From Candidatus Acidiferrales bacterium (lineage in GTDB: Bacteria > Bacteroidota > Ignavibacteria > Kryptoniales > JAKASW01), in contig DATJAY010000012.1 in NCBI GenBank assembly GCA_035515795.1, positions 24,532 through 88,531 on the forward strand: DNA of 64,000 bases. The letters are read 5' to 3'. A model generated the notes under the pieces. The model was not told the DNA's origin and did not search any database. It saw only the letters and a program-made list of their open reading frames with translations. Below, in pieces: positions 25,854-34,934 of this stretch. The translations under genes were made by a program, and so were the position numbers. Each line of letters starts with the position of its first letter. The first letter of the stretch is position 1.

Positions 25854-27062
25854 ATGAAAATTCTCGTACTAAATTCCGGAAGTTCATCGGTAAAGTATCA
25901 ATTCATAAATGCCAGAGACCGTTCGGTCCTGGCGAAGGGGATCATCGACAGAGTAGGCATGAGCGATTCCGTCGTGACTCACGAGCGCTTCGACGGCGAC
26001 AAAGTAAAAATCAGCGCCGAGGTGCTCGACCACCAAACGGCAATAGAATACGTTCTGGCAGTTCTTCTCAGCCAGAACCATGGCGTTATCAAGGATAAGT
26101 CCGAGATCGATGCGGTCGGGCACAGAGTGGTGCACGGCGGAGAGAGTTTTTCGGAGAGTGTGCTCATTGACCAAAAAGTAATGGATGATATACGCGAGAA
26201 CATAGAGCTTGCCCCGCTCCATAATCCTCATAACCTTCGCGGCATTCAGGCTGTGTTGAAACATTTGCCGGGAACTCCGCAAGTTGCAGTCTTCGATACA
26301 GCGTTTCATCAGGGAATGCCCTCGTATGCTTTTTTATACGGCATCCCGTACCTTCTTTACAGACGGTATAAAATTCGCAGATACGGTTTCCATGGTACCT
26401 CACATTATTATGTCTCGCATCGCGCGGCGGAGTTACTCGGGAAACCCATTGAAAAATTAAAAATCATAACGGCACATCTTGGAAACGGATGCAGCATCGC
26501 CGCAGTTGACAGAGGCATCTCGGTTGATACTTCGATGGGGTTTACTCCGCTTGAAGGACTTCTGATGGGAACGCGCAGCGGCGATCTTGATCCCTCAATA
26601 ATATTGCATATAGTCGGACGCGAGGGGTTATCGCTTGCAGAGGCGAACACTCTTCTTAACAAACACAGCGGTCTGCTGGGAATTTCCGGGTTGACGAGCG
26701 ACATGCGTGAAATCATTTCGGAGAAGAAAAACGGAAACAAGCAGGCAGAGCTCGCGTTTCAGGTTTTTACTTACCGGATTAAAAAGTACATAGGTTCGTA
26801 TGTTGCTGCCATGGGCGGCCTGGATGCAATTGTTTTCACGGGCGGGATCGGCGAAAACAGCCCGGATGTTCGTGCCGCAAGCTGCAGCGGACTGGAATTT
26901 TTGGGAATCGAGATCGACGAGGCGAAAAATAATTCTCAAGAGAAAGAAAAAGTCATAAACAGTGATGCGTCTAAAGCCAAAGTCATGGCGCTGCCGACGA
27001 ATGAAGAGCTCGTGATCGCAATGGATACGATGAGAATCGTCGGGAAGGATTTTCATGACTGA
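25854..27062 (+). CDS. ackA: Acetate kinase
   Basis: Motifs MKILVLNSGSSSVKYQF, GHRVVHGG, RRYGFHGTSH and FTGGIGENS. Confidence 0.95.
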   Translation: MKILVLNSGSSSVKYQFINARDRSVLAKGIIDRVGMSDSVVTHERFDGDKVKISAEVLDHQTAIEYVLAVLLSQNHGVIKDKSEIDAVGHRVVHGGESFSESVLIDQKVMDDIRENIELAPLHNPHNLRGIQAVLKHLPGTPQVAVFDTAFHQGMPSYAFLYGIPYLLYRRYKIRRYGFHGTSHYYVSHRAAELLGKPIEKLKIITAHLGNGCSIAAVDRGISVDTSMGFTPLEGLLMGTRSGDLDPSIILHIVGREGLSLAEANTLLNKHSGLLGISGLTSDMREIISEKKNGNKQAELAFQVFTYRIKKYIGSYVAAMGGLDAIVFTGGIGENSPDVRAASCSGLEFLGIEIDEAKNNSQEKEKVINSDASKAKVMALPTNEELVIAMDTMRIVGKDFHD

Positions 27063-27121
27063 ATATCGGTCGATATATGACGGTCCATTCTGCGATCCTT
27101 ACCGCGGGAATCATGGTGTAC

Positions 27122-27150
27122 TTGCAAGTCGTATGAATCGTGGTTAAAAT
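27122..27150 (+). promoter_or_regulatory. Sigma-70-like promoter candidate (TTGCAA-17 nt-TAAAAT)
   Basis: ttgcaa lies at 27122-27127 and taaaat at 27145-27150 with a 17-nt spacer. It sits upstream of the small ORF and the antiporter gene. Confidence 0.35.
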
Positions 27151-27190
27151 ATTTCGTAATCGAGTTTCGATCAAGTAACTCCTGTTGAGA

Positions 27191-27343
27191 ATGAAAAAGC
27201 TCCTTGTAATAATCAGCGCTGCGGCTTTTGCTGCGGGAATCGCGTACCTCGTCATTAAGGCGGTCGAAGAGCTGGATTTCGTCGATGAAGAAGAGGATCT
27301 TACATCCGAGGATGTAGAGTCTCAATTGCTCCAGCACGAATAG
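27191..27343 (+). CDS. Candidate 50-aa membrane peptide with an acidic tail (below the ORF-track cutoff)
   Basis: My own translation is MKKLLVIISAAAFAAGIAYLVIKAVEELDFVDEEEDLTSEDVESQLLQHE*. It has a clear TM helix and a promoter-like element 34 nt upstream, but no obvious SD. Confidence 0.3.
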   Translation: MKKLLVIISAAAFAAGIAYLVIKAVEELDFVDEEEDLTSEDVESQLLQHE

Positions 27344-27467
27344 TAAGTCCGGCGTCTCACCGGTTTCCCGAACCCGTTGCGCACTCATAATCGATTTTCT
27401 CCGTCTGAGCGGACTCATACTCCGTTCGACTTGCGCTTCCGTAATAATCCCCTTATCTTGGGACAAG

Positions 27468-28772
27468 ATGGTCGACCTGAATACAGTAGATCCTTTCGTG
27501 AAAGTACTCATCTATCTGATAGCCATCTTAGCTACAGCTAAGTTGGGGGCAGAAATTTTTGAAAGAATGAAGCAGCCGGCAGTCCTCGGTGAATTGATTG
27601 CCGGCGTCATTCTTGGAAATCTTGTCCTCGTAAGCCATAATTGGAATTTTTTTGAGCCGATGAGATCCGCGATTCTGTCAGATCATGCCGCCGTCAACAT
27701 AGACATGCTGGCAAAACTCGGAATCATAATTCTACTTTTCGAGGTTGGATTGGAATCAAGCGTCCGCGATATGAGGCGCATCGGATTTTTGTCCTTCTTC
27801 GTCGCAACCGTTGGCGTCGCTGCCACATTTGTTTTAGGTTACCTTGTCTCGACCATTTTTGTCAGAGAAGTGCCGAGCAAAATCCTGGCAGCATCTCCGA
27901 ATTTTGACGTGCGTATTATCCATGTCTTTATTGGAGCAACGCTTTGCGCGACGAGTGTCGGCATAACGGCAAGAGTCTTTCGCGACCTGGGCAGGTCTCA
28001 ATTAAACGAAGCGCGAGTCGTTCTCGGAGCCGCTGTCGTGGATGACGTTCTCAGCCTGATAATGCTTGCCGCCGTTTCTGCGATAGTCACGTCTAATGAA
28101 AATGGTGCGGGCATTTCTTCTTTTGTAATTGCAAAGCTGACACTGATCGCAGTCGGATTCTTAGCGGGGGCGCTGGTAATCGGGTCGCTTGTGATTCCGC
28201 ATCTGGTCGAAGCGGCGGCCAAATTCAGAACTCGCGGTCTAATGCTGATCACGGCATTGGTAATCTGTTTCGGTCTTGCGTCGCTCGCAGGAATGGCGGG
28301 TCTTGCGCCTATCGTCGGGGCCTTCGCCGCAGGATTGGTACTCGAGGAAGTCCACTTTAGAAATTTCGGCAGCGATATTGGAATCAAAAACCTCCTCGGT
28401 GCCGTATCCACTTTGCTCGTGCCGATTTTTTTTGTCCAGATGGGAGTTCAAGTCCACCTGGAGAGTTTTCTGAACCCATCTGTCATTGGAATTTCCATGG
28501 GACTGATTGTTGCGGCAGTTCTAGGCAAACAGGCGTGTGGATTCATCGTAGGCAGGAAAGGAATTGACCGCCTGGTCGTCGGTATCGGAATGATTCCGCG
28601 GGGAGAGGTCGAATTGATTTTCGCGGGGATCGGGAAATCGCTTGGAATTATCAATGATGAAATATTTTCTGCAATTGTTGTTACAGTCATGGTGACAACT
28701 TTCGTCACGCCGCCGCTTTTGAAGTGGTCGATCGGGAGGGCGCGAAAACCGGAAGCGGCAAATCTGACTTGA
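27468..28772 (+). CDS. Cation/proton antiporter (CPA2/Kef-type Na+/H+ exchanger family)
   Basis: 434 aa with ~12 TM segments. The N-terminus LGAEIFERMKQPAVLGELIAGVILG is typical of the Na_H_Exchanger family. Confidence 0.85.
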   Translation: MVDLNTVDPFVKVLIYLIAILATAKLGAEIFERMKQPAVLGELIAGVILGNLVLVSHNWNFFEPMRSAILSDHAAVNIDMLAKLGIIILLFEVGLESSVRDMRRIGFLSFFVATVGVAATFVLGYLVSTIFVREVPSKILAASPNFDVRIIHVFIGATLCATSVGITARVFRDLGRSQLNEARVVLGAAVVDDVLSLIMLAAVSAIVTSNENGAGISSFVIAKLTLIAVGFLAGALVIGSLVIPHLVEAAAKFRTRGLMLITALVICFGLASLAGMAGLAPIVGAFAAGLVLEEVHFRNFGSDIGIKNLLGAVSTLLVPIFFVQMGVQVHLESFLNPSVIGISMGLIVAAVLGKQACGFIVGRKGIDRLVVGIGMIPRGEVELIFAGIGKSLGIINDEIFSAIVVTVMVTTFVTPPLLKWSIGRARKPEAANLT

Positions 28773-28802
28773 GAAAAAAACGTAGAAAATAGGAGGAGAG
28801 AA

Positions 28803-29105
28803 ATGGTCAAGCATATCGTGATGTGGAAATTGAAGGAGCAAGCTCACGGGAATTCAAAAATGGTAAATGCGAGATTGATAAAGGAGAAGTTAGAATCACT
28901 GAATGGCAAGATTCCAGGCATGTTGAAGTTGGAGGTCGGGGCAGATTTTTCCGGAACGAATGACAGTTTCGATGTGGCATTGTATTCGGAATTCAAATCA
29001 AAGGACGATTTGAACAATTACCAGAATCATCCTGAGCATAGGGCGATCATGCCGTTCGTCGCGGAAGCTCGGGAAGAAAGAAGGGTCGTCGATTACGAGA
29101 GTTGA
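28803..29105 (+). CDS. Dabb (stress-responsive A/B-barrel) domain protein
   Basis: 100 aa: MVKHIVMWKLKE...FDVALYSEFKSKDDLNNYQNHPEH. Confidence 0.8.
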   Translation: MVKHIVMWKLKEQAHGNSKMVNARLIKEKLESLNGKIPGMLKLEVGADFSGTNDSFDVALYSEFKSKDDLNNYQNHPEHRAIMPFVAEAREERRVVDYES

Positions 29106-29197
29106 CAGGTTTTCAGGCCACATCATGCCTCGTAAATTTGTTTTTCCCGCGATATTGATGCTTAATGCCCGATCCAGCGCAGTTGGCTCACTCGTTC

Positions 29198-29226
29198 TTG
29201 TAAAACTTCCTTCCCTCTGTTATATT
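29198..29226 (+). promoter_or_regulatory. Sigma-70-like promoter candidate (TTGTAA-17 nt-TATATT)
   Basis: ttgtaa lies at 29198-29203 and tatatt at 29221-29226. It is ~160 nt upstream of yceD. Confidence 0.35.
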
Positions 29227-29311
29227 AACATGCTTTTTCAGCCGATTAAGAAATCATCCCGATAAAATGTGATTCTGAAGGGATTCGGCTCCTCCCGAAG
29301 GGACTTCTTCG

Positions 29312-29362
29312 GCACCGAACAAACGGTTCGAGCGTCTGCGAAGCGGTGCTCGGTTTATTTTT
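29312..29362 (+). terminator. Terminator/attenuator-like hairpin with a U-tract in the yceD leader
   Basis: gcaccg (29312-17) pairs with cggtgc (29344-49), followed by tcggtttattttt. Competing pairings are described in the findings. Confidence 0.3.
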
Positions 29363-29385
29363 GAATAGCTGTACGGTTAATTCAG

Positions 29386-29838
29386 TTGGAAATAAATATT
29401 TCGAATCTCTCGGAAGGAGTTCATGAGTATCAGCTTGAGAGCGCTCCTTCTTCGATCGGACTGGACGAACGTTTTTCGAAGCAGGTCTTTGTTAAGGTTG
29501 AAGTTGAAAGGCGGCGGACACAGTTTTTTTTGACCGGACACATTAAAACTTCCGGTCGGTTTGTATGCGACCGCTGTCTCGATGATTTCGAAAGGGACTT
29601 GAGCATCGATTACAGGATGACTTATGTTTATGATCGCGACGATGCCGGAGAAGTCGATGAGGATGAGATCGCCGTAATTCATCACAGCATGAATCAGATT
29701 AAAATAGATGGCGACGTCAAGGAGTATATACTCGTCGCGGTTCCGCTGAAACTTTTGTGTAAGGAAGACTGTGCGGGATTGTGCGTGACCTGCGGCATAA
29801 ATTTGAATCACAAGACGTGCAGCTGCGCCGCTGAATAG
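29386..29838 (+). CDS. yceD: YceD/DUF177 family protein (large-subunit rRNA accumulation protein)
   Basis: Cys motifs CDRCLDDF and CKEDCAGLCVTCGINLN. It occupies the classical position upstream of rpmF-plsX. The start is TTG. Confidence 0.8.
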   Translation: MEINISNLSEGVHEYQLESAPSSIGLDERFSKQVFVKVEVERRRTQFFLTGHIKTSGRFVCDRCLDDFERDLSIDYRMTYVYDRDDAGEVDEDEIAVIHHSMNQIKIDGDVKEYILVAVPLKLLCKEDCAGLCVTCGINLNHKTCSCAAE

Positions 29839-29994
29839 ACTAGCCCGAAATGTGAGAACAAAATTAGAAAATTAAAATTGAAGGATCAAAAAAGCCGGTA
29901 GACACCGATTGAATATCAAAGGGACATAGCTTTGATTTCCAGGTTGCGGTTTTGACCTTTGAGTTTGCAAGAAATTTTATGAGGAAGAATAAAA

Positions 29995-30177
29995 ATGCCA
30001 AATCCGAAACGACGACATTCTAAATCGAGAGGGGCAAAGAGAAGGACGCATTATAAAGCGACCGCTCCGACGATTTCCGAATGTCCGCATTGCCATGAAC
30101 CAAAACTTCCGCATCGGGCCTGCCCAAATTGCGGCTACTACAGCGGAAGGGTCGCATTCATTCCGAAGAGCGCTTAG
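29995..30177 (+). CDS. rpmF: 50S ribosomal protein L32
   Basis: [21 protein letters not shown]...[20 protein letters not shown]. Confidence 0.95.
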   Translation: MPNPKRRHSKSRGAKRRTHYKATAPTISECPHCHEPKLPHRACPNCGYYSGRVAFIPKSA

Positions 30178-30282
30178 CCAGCAAAAATTTTGAGTTATGA
30201 ATTTTCTCGGGATGATCCTTTAAGGGGACTTCCGAATTAGAATCCCAATTCAAAGTTTGAAATTAAAAATCAAGATTCCTTA

Positions 30283-31284
30283 ATGCGAATTGCACTTGAC
30301 GCGATGGGCGGCGATGAAGCGCCGCTCAGAATTGTTGAAGGCGGACTGCAGGCCCTCAGAGAATCCGGTAATCGTTTCGAGCTCGTCCTTGTCGGACGCA
30401 GGGAGGAGGTTCAAAAAGAAGTCTCATGCCATTCTCCCGAAGGTTTGAACTACTCTATCGTGGATGCGCCTGAAGTAATAGAAATGTCGGAAGTGCCGAA
30501 CATCGCGATAAAGCAGAAGCGGAATTCATCGATAGTGGTCGGATTGAATCTTCATAAGGAAAGGAAAGTAGATGCTTTCATAAGCGCAGGAAACACGGGG
30601 GCGTTCATGGCAGCATCTACCTTGATTTTAGGACGCGTCGAGGGAGTAAGTCGCCCGGCGGTCGGAACGCCTCTTCCAACTGTAAATGATGGCACATGCT
30701 TTCTCATCGATTCGGGCGCTAATTCTGACTGCCGTCCGCAGCATATTGTGGAGTTTGGTTTCATGGGCGCAATTTACGCCCGTGAGATCTTGAAAAAGGA
30801 AAATCCTACCGTTGCCCTTCTAAACATAGGCGAAGAAAGCTCTAAAGGAAATGAGCTTGCCCTTTCGTCTTACCCGCTTCTGGAAAAAAGCGAGTTGAAC
30901 TTCATCGGCAACGTAGAAGGAAGAGATATTCTGGCGGGAAAGGCCGACGTAGTTCTCGCAGATGGCTTTGTAGGAAATATAGTTTTGAAGTTTGCCGAGA
31001 GTATTTTGCCGACATTAAGGACGAGATTCAGACTTTACGCTTCCGGAAATATTTTCCGGAAACTGCAGGCTGGATCGATAGCGAAAACGCTGAGGAAAGT
31101 CCTGAAGGGTTTCAGCTATGAAACCTTAGGTGGTGCACCGCTCCTGGGTGTGAACGGAATCTCGATCATCGGACACGGTGGTTCAACTGCGCTTGCGGTC
31201 AAGAACATGGTGCTCCGCGCCGAAGAGATGGTGGATCATAAGATCAGCAGGCTGATAGAAGACTCAATTAAAAAACAGAAGTGA
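30283..31284 (+). CDS. plsX: Phosphate acyltransferase PlsX
   Basis: MRIALDAMGGDEAP, ISAGNTGA and GFVGNIVLK. Confidence 0.95.
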   Translation: MRIALDAMGGDEAPLRIVEGGLQALRESGNRFELVLVGRREEVQKEVSCHSPEGLNYSIVDAPEVIEMSEVPNIAIKQKRNSSIVVGLNLHKERKVDAFISAGNTGAFMAASTLILGRVEGVSRPAVGTPLPTVNDGTCFLIDSGANSDCRPQHIVEFGFMGAIYAREILKKENPTVALLNIGEESSKGNELALSSYPLLEKSELNFIGNVEGRDILAGKADVVLADGFVGNIVLKFAESILPTLRTRFRLYASGNIFRKLQAGSIAKTLRKVLKGFSYETLGGAPLLGVNGISIIGHGGSTALAVKNMVLRAEEMVDHKISRLIEDSIKKQK

Positions 31285-31295
31285 AAGTTCGTTAA

Positions 31296-32306
31296 ATGTC
31301 AAAACATGCGATAATAACAGGCGTTGGTCATTACGTACCTGATGATCGTTTGACCAATGCCGATTTTGAAAAGATGGTCGACACGACGGATGAATGGATT
31401 AGAACGAGAACAGGAATTTGCGAAAGAAGGATTTTGAAAAAAGGTGCAACGAGCGACCTGGCGGCCGGGGCGATCAGGGATTTGCTGAAGAGGAGAAAAA
31501 TTTCTGCGGAAGAAATAGATATGATCATAGTTGCGACCGTCACGCCCGATATGTTTTTCCCGTCGACCGCTTGCCTGGTCCAGGAAAAAATCGGGGCAAA
31601 GAAGGCGTGGGGATTCGATCTGTCGGCGGCTTGCTCGGGATTTGTCTTTGCGCTTGTCACCGGTGCGCAATTCATTCGAACCGGAGCTTATAAGAAAGTC
31701 ATCGTGGTCGGTGCGGACAAGATGTCTTCGATAACAGATTATACCGACCGCGCAAACTGCATTTTATTCGGCGATGCCGGTGCCGCGGTTCTGCTCGAAC
31801 CCGATGAAGAGGGGGAGTACGGAATTTTGGACCACCTCTTGTACTGCGACGGGGCAGGTGAACCATCCCTGAATATGCTCGGCGGCGGAAGCTTGAATCC
31901 CGCAACTCACGAAACTGTCGATAAGAGAATGCACTACTTGTACCAGGATGGGAAGGCAGTTTTCAAAGTTGCAGTCGTGGGGATGGCCGATGTGTCTTAC
32001 GAAATCATGAAAAAGAATAGCCTCACCGGCAAAGATATCGACTGGCTTGTCCCGCATCAGGCGAACAAGAGGATTATCGACGCCACCGCCAACAGGATGG
32101 AGCTCGATAACTCGAAAGTTATGTTGAACATCGACCGGTATGGAAACACCACGGCAGCAACGATACCACTGTGTCTTTCTGAGTATTACAGGAGCGGACG
32201 GTTGAAAAAAGGACAAGTGCTCGTGCTGTCTGCGTTTGGCGCCGGCTACACGTGGGGAGCGGTTTTGGTTAAATGGTCGATGGAAAATTGTCCTGGGCGA
32301 GAGTAA
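31296..32306 (+). CDS. fabH: 3-oxoacyl-ACP synthase III FabH
   Basis: Active-site AACSGF, plus PHQANKRI and GNTTAATIP. Confidence 0.95.
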   Translation: MSKHAIITGVGHYVPDDRLTNADFEKMVDTTDEWIRTRTGICERRILKKGATSDLAAGAIRDLLKRRKISAEEIDMIIVATVTPDMFFPSTACLVQEKIGAKKAWGFDLSAACSGFVFALVTGAQFIRTGAYKKVIVVGADKMSSITDYTDRANCILFGDAGAAVLLEPDEEGEYGILDHLLYCDGAGEPSLNMLGGGSLNPATHETVDKRMHYLYQDGKAVFKVAVVGMADVSYEIMKKNSLTGKDIDWLVPHQANKRIIDATANRMELDNSKVMLNIDRYGNTTAATIPLCLSEYYRSGRLKKGQVLVLSAFGAGYTWGAVLVKWSMENCPGRE

Positions 32307-32313
32307 ATCCACG

Positions 32314-33267
32314 ATGTCTGAGATAAATTCTTCCTGCAAAATCGCTTTCATTTTTCCGGGGCAAGGTTCTCAATACGTCGGCATGGGAAAAGACTGGCAC
32401 GATAATAGTCCGAAAGCAAAGGAAATGTTCGGTCGTGCAAGCGAGATCCTCGGATTCGACATTGCCGCAATTTGTTTCCGCGGCCCTGAAGATAAATTGA
32501 GACAGACGGAAGTCACCCAGCCCGCAATATTTCTTCATAGCGCAATCGCGTTCAGTTTATTGGATGAAAAAAATTTCGGTGCCGCTGCCGGACATTCGCT
32601 CGGCGAATATTCCGCATTGTTTGCGGCCGGAGCTCTTGAATTCGAGCATGCACTCATGCTGGTCGGGTTGCGCGGCAGGTTGATGCAGCACGCCGGAGAA
32701 GTGCGCCGTGGCACCATGGCTGCGGTTGTCGGACTTGAAGACAATTTAGTCGAGGAGATCTGCAGGGAGGCGTCAAAAGATGGAATCGTCCAGCCGGCGA
32801 ATTATAACTCTTCGGGACAGATTGTGATTTCCGGCGATGTGGAAGCTGTTCACGGTGCCATGGAGCTTGCAAAAGTCCGGGGTGCGAAAATCGTCAAGGA
32901 GCTCGTCGTAAGCGGCGCATTTCATTCATCTCTCATGGAAGCCGCTAAAGAGGAATTGAAAAAGGCGATAGATGCTACGCCGTTCCACGATGCAAATGTC
33001 CCGGTTTATGCAAACGTCAGCGGAAAGCCCCTCAAGGACGCCGATGAGATCAAGGACGCTCTCGTCCGGCAGTTGACGAGTCCGGTTCGATGGCAGGAAT
33101 CGGTTGTCAAAATGTTCAACGATGGGATTGCCAAATTTGTGGAGATCGGTCCCGGTAAAGTTCTTCAGGGACTTGTAAAAAGGACCGTCCCGGCGAAAGA
33201 AATTTTCGGAATAGACAAAATGAGTGAAGCGGACCTAGTTGTGAGGAGCGTGACTGAAAATCGATGA
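32314..33267 (+). CDS. fabD: Malonyl-CoA:ACP transacylase FabD
   Basis: FIFPGQGSQYVGMG and GHSLGEYSAL. I prefer the ATG at 32314. The tracked start at 32236 overlaps fabH. Confidence 0.95.
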   Translation: MSEINSSCKIAFIFPGQGSQYVGMGKDWHDNSPKAKEMFGRASEILGFDIAAICFRGPEDKLRQTEVTQPAIFLHSAIAFSLLDEKNFGAAAGHSLGEYSALFAAGALEFEHALMLVGLRGRLMQHAGEVRRGTMAAVVGLEDNLVEEICREASKDGIVQPANYNSSGQIVISGDVEAVHGAMELAKVRGAKIVKELVVSGAFHSSLMEAAKEELKKAIDATPFHDANVPVYANVSGKPLKDADEIKDALVRQLTSPVRWQESVVKMFNDGIAKFVEIGPGKVLQGLVKRTVPAKEIFGIDKMSEADLVVRSVTENR

Positions 33268-33920
33268 GCGAGTGTGTTGAAGTAGCCGAAACTAAGTTTG
33301 ACATTGAAATCTTCACGGAAGGGTTCAGGGATCGAAGGGGCCCTAATGCATGCACTTCGAAATGCTGCCGCCATGGTGTCTATCTCGATCCTGCGGAACG
33401 CGACAGAATTCTCGATCACGCCGACGTCATCGAGAAATATTTCGACGACACTCAGACGAAAGACCGGAGCAAGTGGTTCGACAACACTGAAGATGAGGAT
33501 TCCGATTTTCCGTCGGGCAAATGCGTGAGCACCGAGGTTTATAATGGCAAGTGCACGTTTCTCGACAGGAAAGGCAGGTGCGTCCTGCAAGTTGTCGAGA
33601 CTGAGGAAAAGATGCCGAGATTTTCACTGAAGCCGTACTATTGTATTCTCTTTCCGATTGTGAAGATTGACGGAGTTTTCAAGTATGACGATTTCTGCAA
33701 AGGCGAGTCAGATTGCTGTACCGCGTCAGATCAGTGTGCAATGAAGATGATTGAATCATGTTCCACCGAGCTTCAATATGCGCTCGGAATTTCAAAGTAC
33801 GACGAGGTTTTGAATCACTATCGAAATAGTGTTTTTGATTCTAAAAATCAGAAAACCGCTGAAGGTGTTCAGTCGGGCATAACGTATGCGGGAAAGGATG
33901 CAGTCAATGTTGGAAAATAA
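33264..33920 (+). CDS. Cys-rich putative metal/Fe-S-binding protein (DUF3109/YkgJ-like) embedded in the fab operon
   Basis: 218 aa with motifs CTSKCCRHGVYL, GKCTFLDRKGRCVLQ, KPYYCILFPI and CKGESDCC. It has an ATGA overlap with the fabD stop and its 3' end overlaps the fabG start. Confidence 0.7.
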   Translation: MSECVEVAETKFDIEIFTEGFRDRRGPNACTSKCCRHGVYLDPAERDRILDHADVIEKYFDDTQTKDRSKWFDNTEDEDSDFPSGKCVSTEVYNGKCTFLDRKGRCVLQVVETEEKMPRFSLKPYYCILFPIVKIDGVFKYDDFCKGESDCCTASDQCAMKMIESCSTELQYALGISKYDEVLNHYRNSVFDSKNQKTAEGVQSGITYAGKDAVNVGK

Positions 33921-34647
33921 AGTTGCTCTTGTGACAGGCGGTGCTCGCGGAATCGGCAGGTCTATAACCGTCGAACTGGCCAGAAACGGAGCGGATGTAG
34001 CATTTACCTACAGGAGCTCCGCGAAGCTTGTAGACTCGCTCGTCTCGGAATTGAAAGCCATGGGACGAAGAGCGCTTGCCATTGAGGCGGACGCGACATC
34101 CATGGAAAGTGCGATAAAAGCCGTTGAAAAGGTTGTCACGGAATTCAAGAGGCTCGATATACTCGTCAACAATGCCGGTATTACCAAGGACAATCTGCTT
34201 CTTCGGATGTCTGAAGAAGATTGGGATTCCGTCATCAGGACAAACCTGAGGAGCGTTTTTAATTATACGAAGGCGGCCGCGCGTACCATGATGGGGCAAC
34301 GTTATGGGAAAATAATAAACATAAGTTCCGTCGTCGGAATCATCGGCAATGCCGGGCAATCGAACTATTCCGCTTCTAAGGCAGGAATAATCGGTTTTAC
34401 AAAGTCAATTGCCAAGGAACTCTCAAGTAGAAATATCCTTGTCAATGCAGTGGCTCCTGGTTATATTGACACAGATATGACATCTGTTTTTACAGAAGAT
34501 CAAAAAAAGGCTTTCCTGGATTCAATTCCGCTGAAACGAGTTGCAAAGCCGGATGAGGTTGCAGGTGTAGTTCGTTTTCTCGCCTCACCCGACTCGGATT
34601 ATATTACGGGTCAGGTGATTTCTGTCGACGGCGGGTTGTCAATTTAA
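33907..34647 (+). CDS. fabG: 3-oxoacyl-ACP reductase FabG
   Basis: LVTGGARGIG, NNAGI and YSASKAG. The start choice is ambiguous among 33886, 33898 and 33907. Confidence 0.95.
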   Translation: MLENKVALVTGGARGIGRSITVELARNGADVAFTYRSSAKLVDSLVSELKAMGRRALAIEADATSMESAIKAVEKVVTEFKRLDILVNNAGITKDNLLLRMSEEDWDSVIRTNLRSVFNYTKAAARTMMGQRYGKIINISSVVGIIGNAGQSNYSASKAGIIGFTKSIAKELSSRNILVNAVAPGYIDTDMTSVFTEDQKKAFLDSIPLKRVAKPDEVAGVVRFLASPDSDYITGQVISVDGGLSI

Positions 34648-34680
34648 TATTAAACAAATACAAATGGAGGTAAAACAAAA

Positions 34681-34920
34681 ATGGCAGTAGATGTCGAAGC
34701 AAAAGTAAAAGAGATCATTGTCAATAAACTCGGTGCTGAGGAGTCTCAAGTCAAGCCTGAAGCATCTTTCACAAATGATCTCGGTGCGGATTCACTCGAT
34801 ACCGTGGAGCTTGTCATGGAATTTGAGAAGGCGTTCAATCTCCAAATCCCCGACCAGGATGCTGAAAAAATTCGGACCGTCGGTGATGCCGTCAGCTATC
34901 TGAAACAGAGAGTAAGCTAA
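34681..34920 (+). CDS. acpP: Acyl carrier protein
   Basis: [16 protein letters not shown] contains the phosphopantetheine Ser. A strong SD (ggagg) lies upstream. Confidence 0.97.
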   Translation: MAVDVEAKVKEIIVNKLGAEESQVKPEASFTNDLGADSLDTVELVMEFEKAFNLQIPDQDAEKIRTVGDAVSYLKQRVS

Positions 34921-34934
34921 TAACGGGGAAATTT

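Noticed and set aside
27053-27511. 152-aa minus-strand ORF filling the ackA-antiporter gap
   Set aside because: It overlaps the ends of both flanking genes and has Arg/Ser/Asp-rich composition with no motifs. A plus-strand promoter plus a small TM ORF explains the gap better, though neither reading is proven.
31764-32351. 195-aa minus-strand ORF antisense to fabH/fabD
   Set aside because: It overlaps two strongly supported fab genes. It has no recognisable motifs, so it is an antisense artefact.
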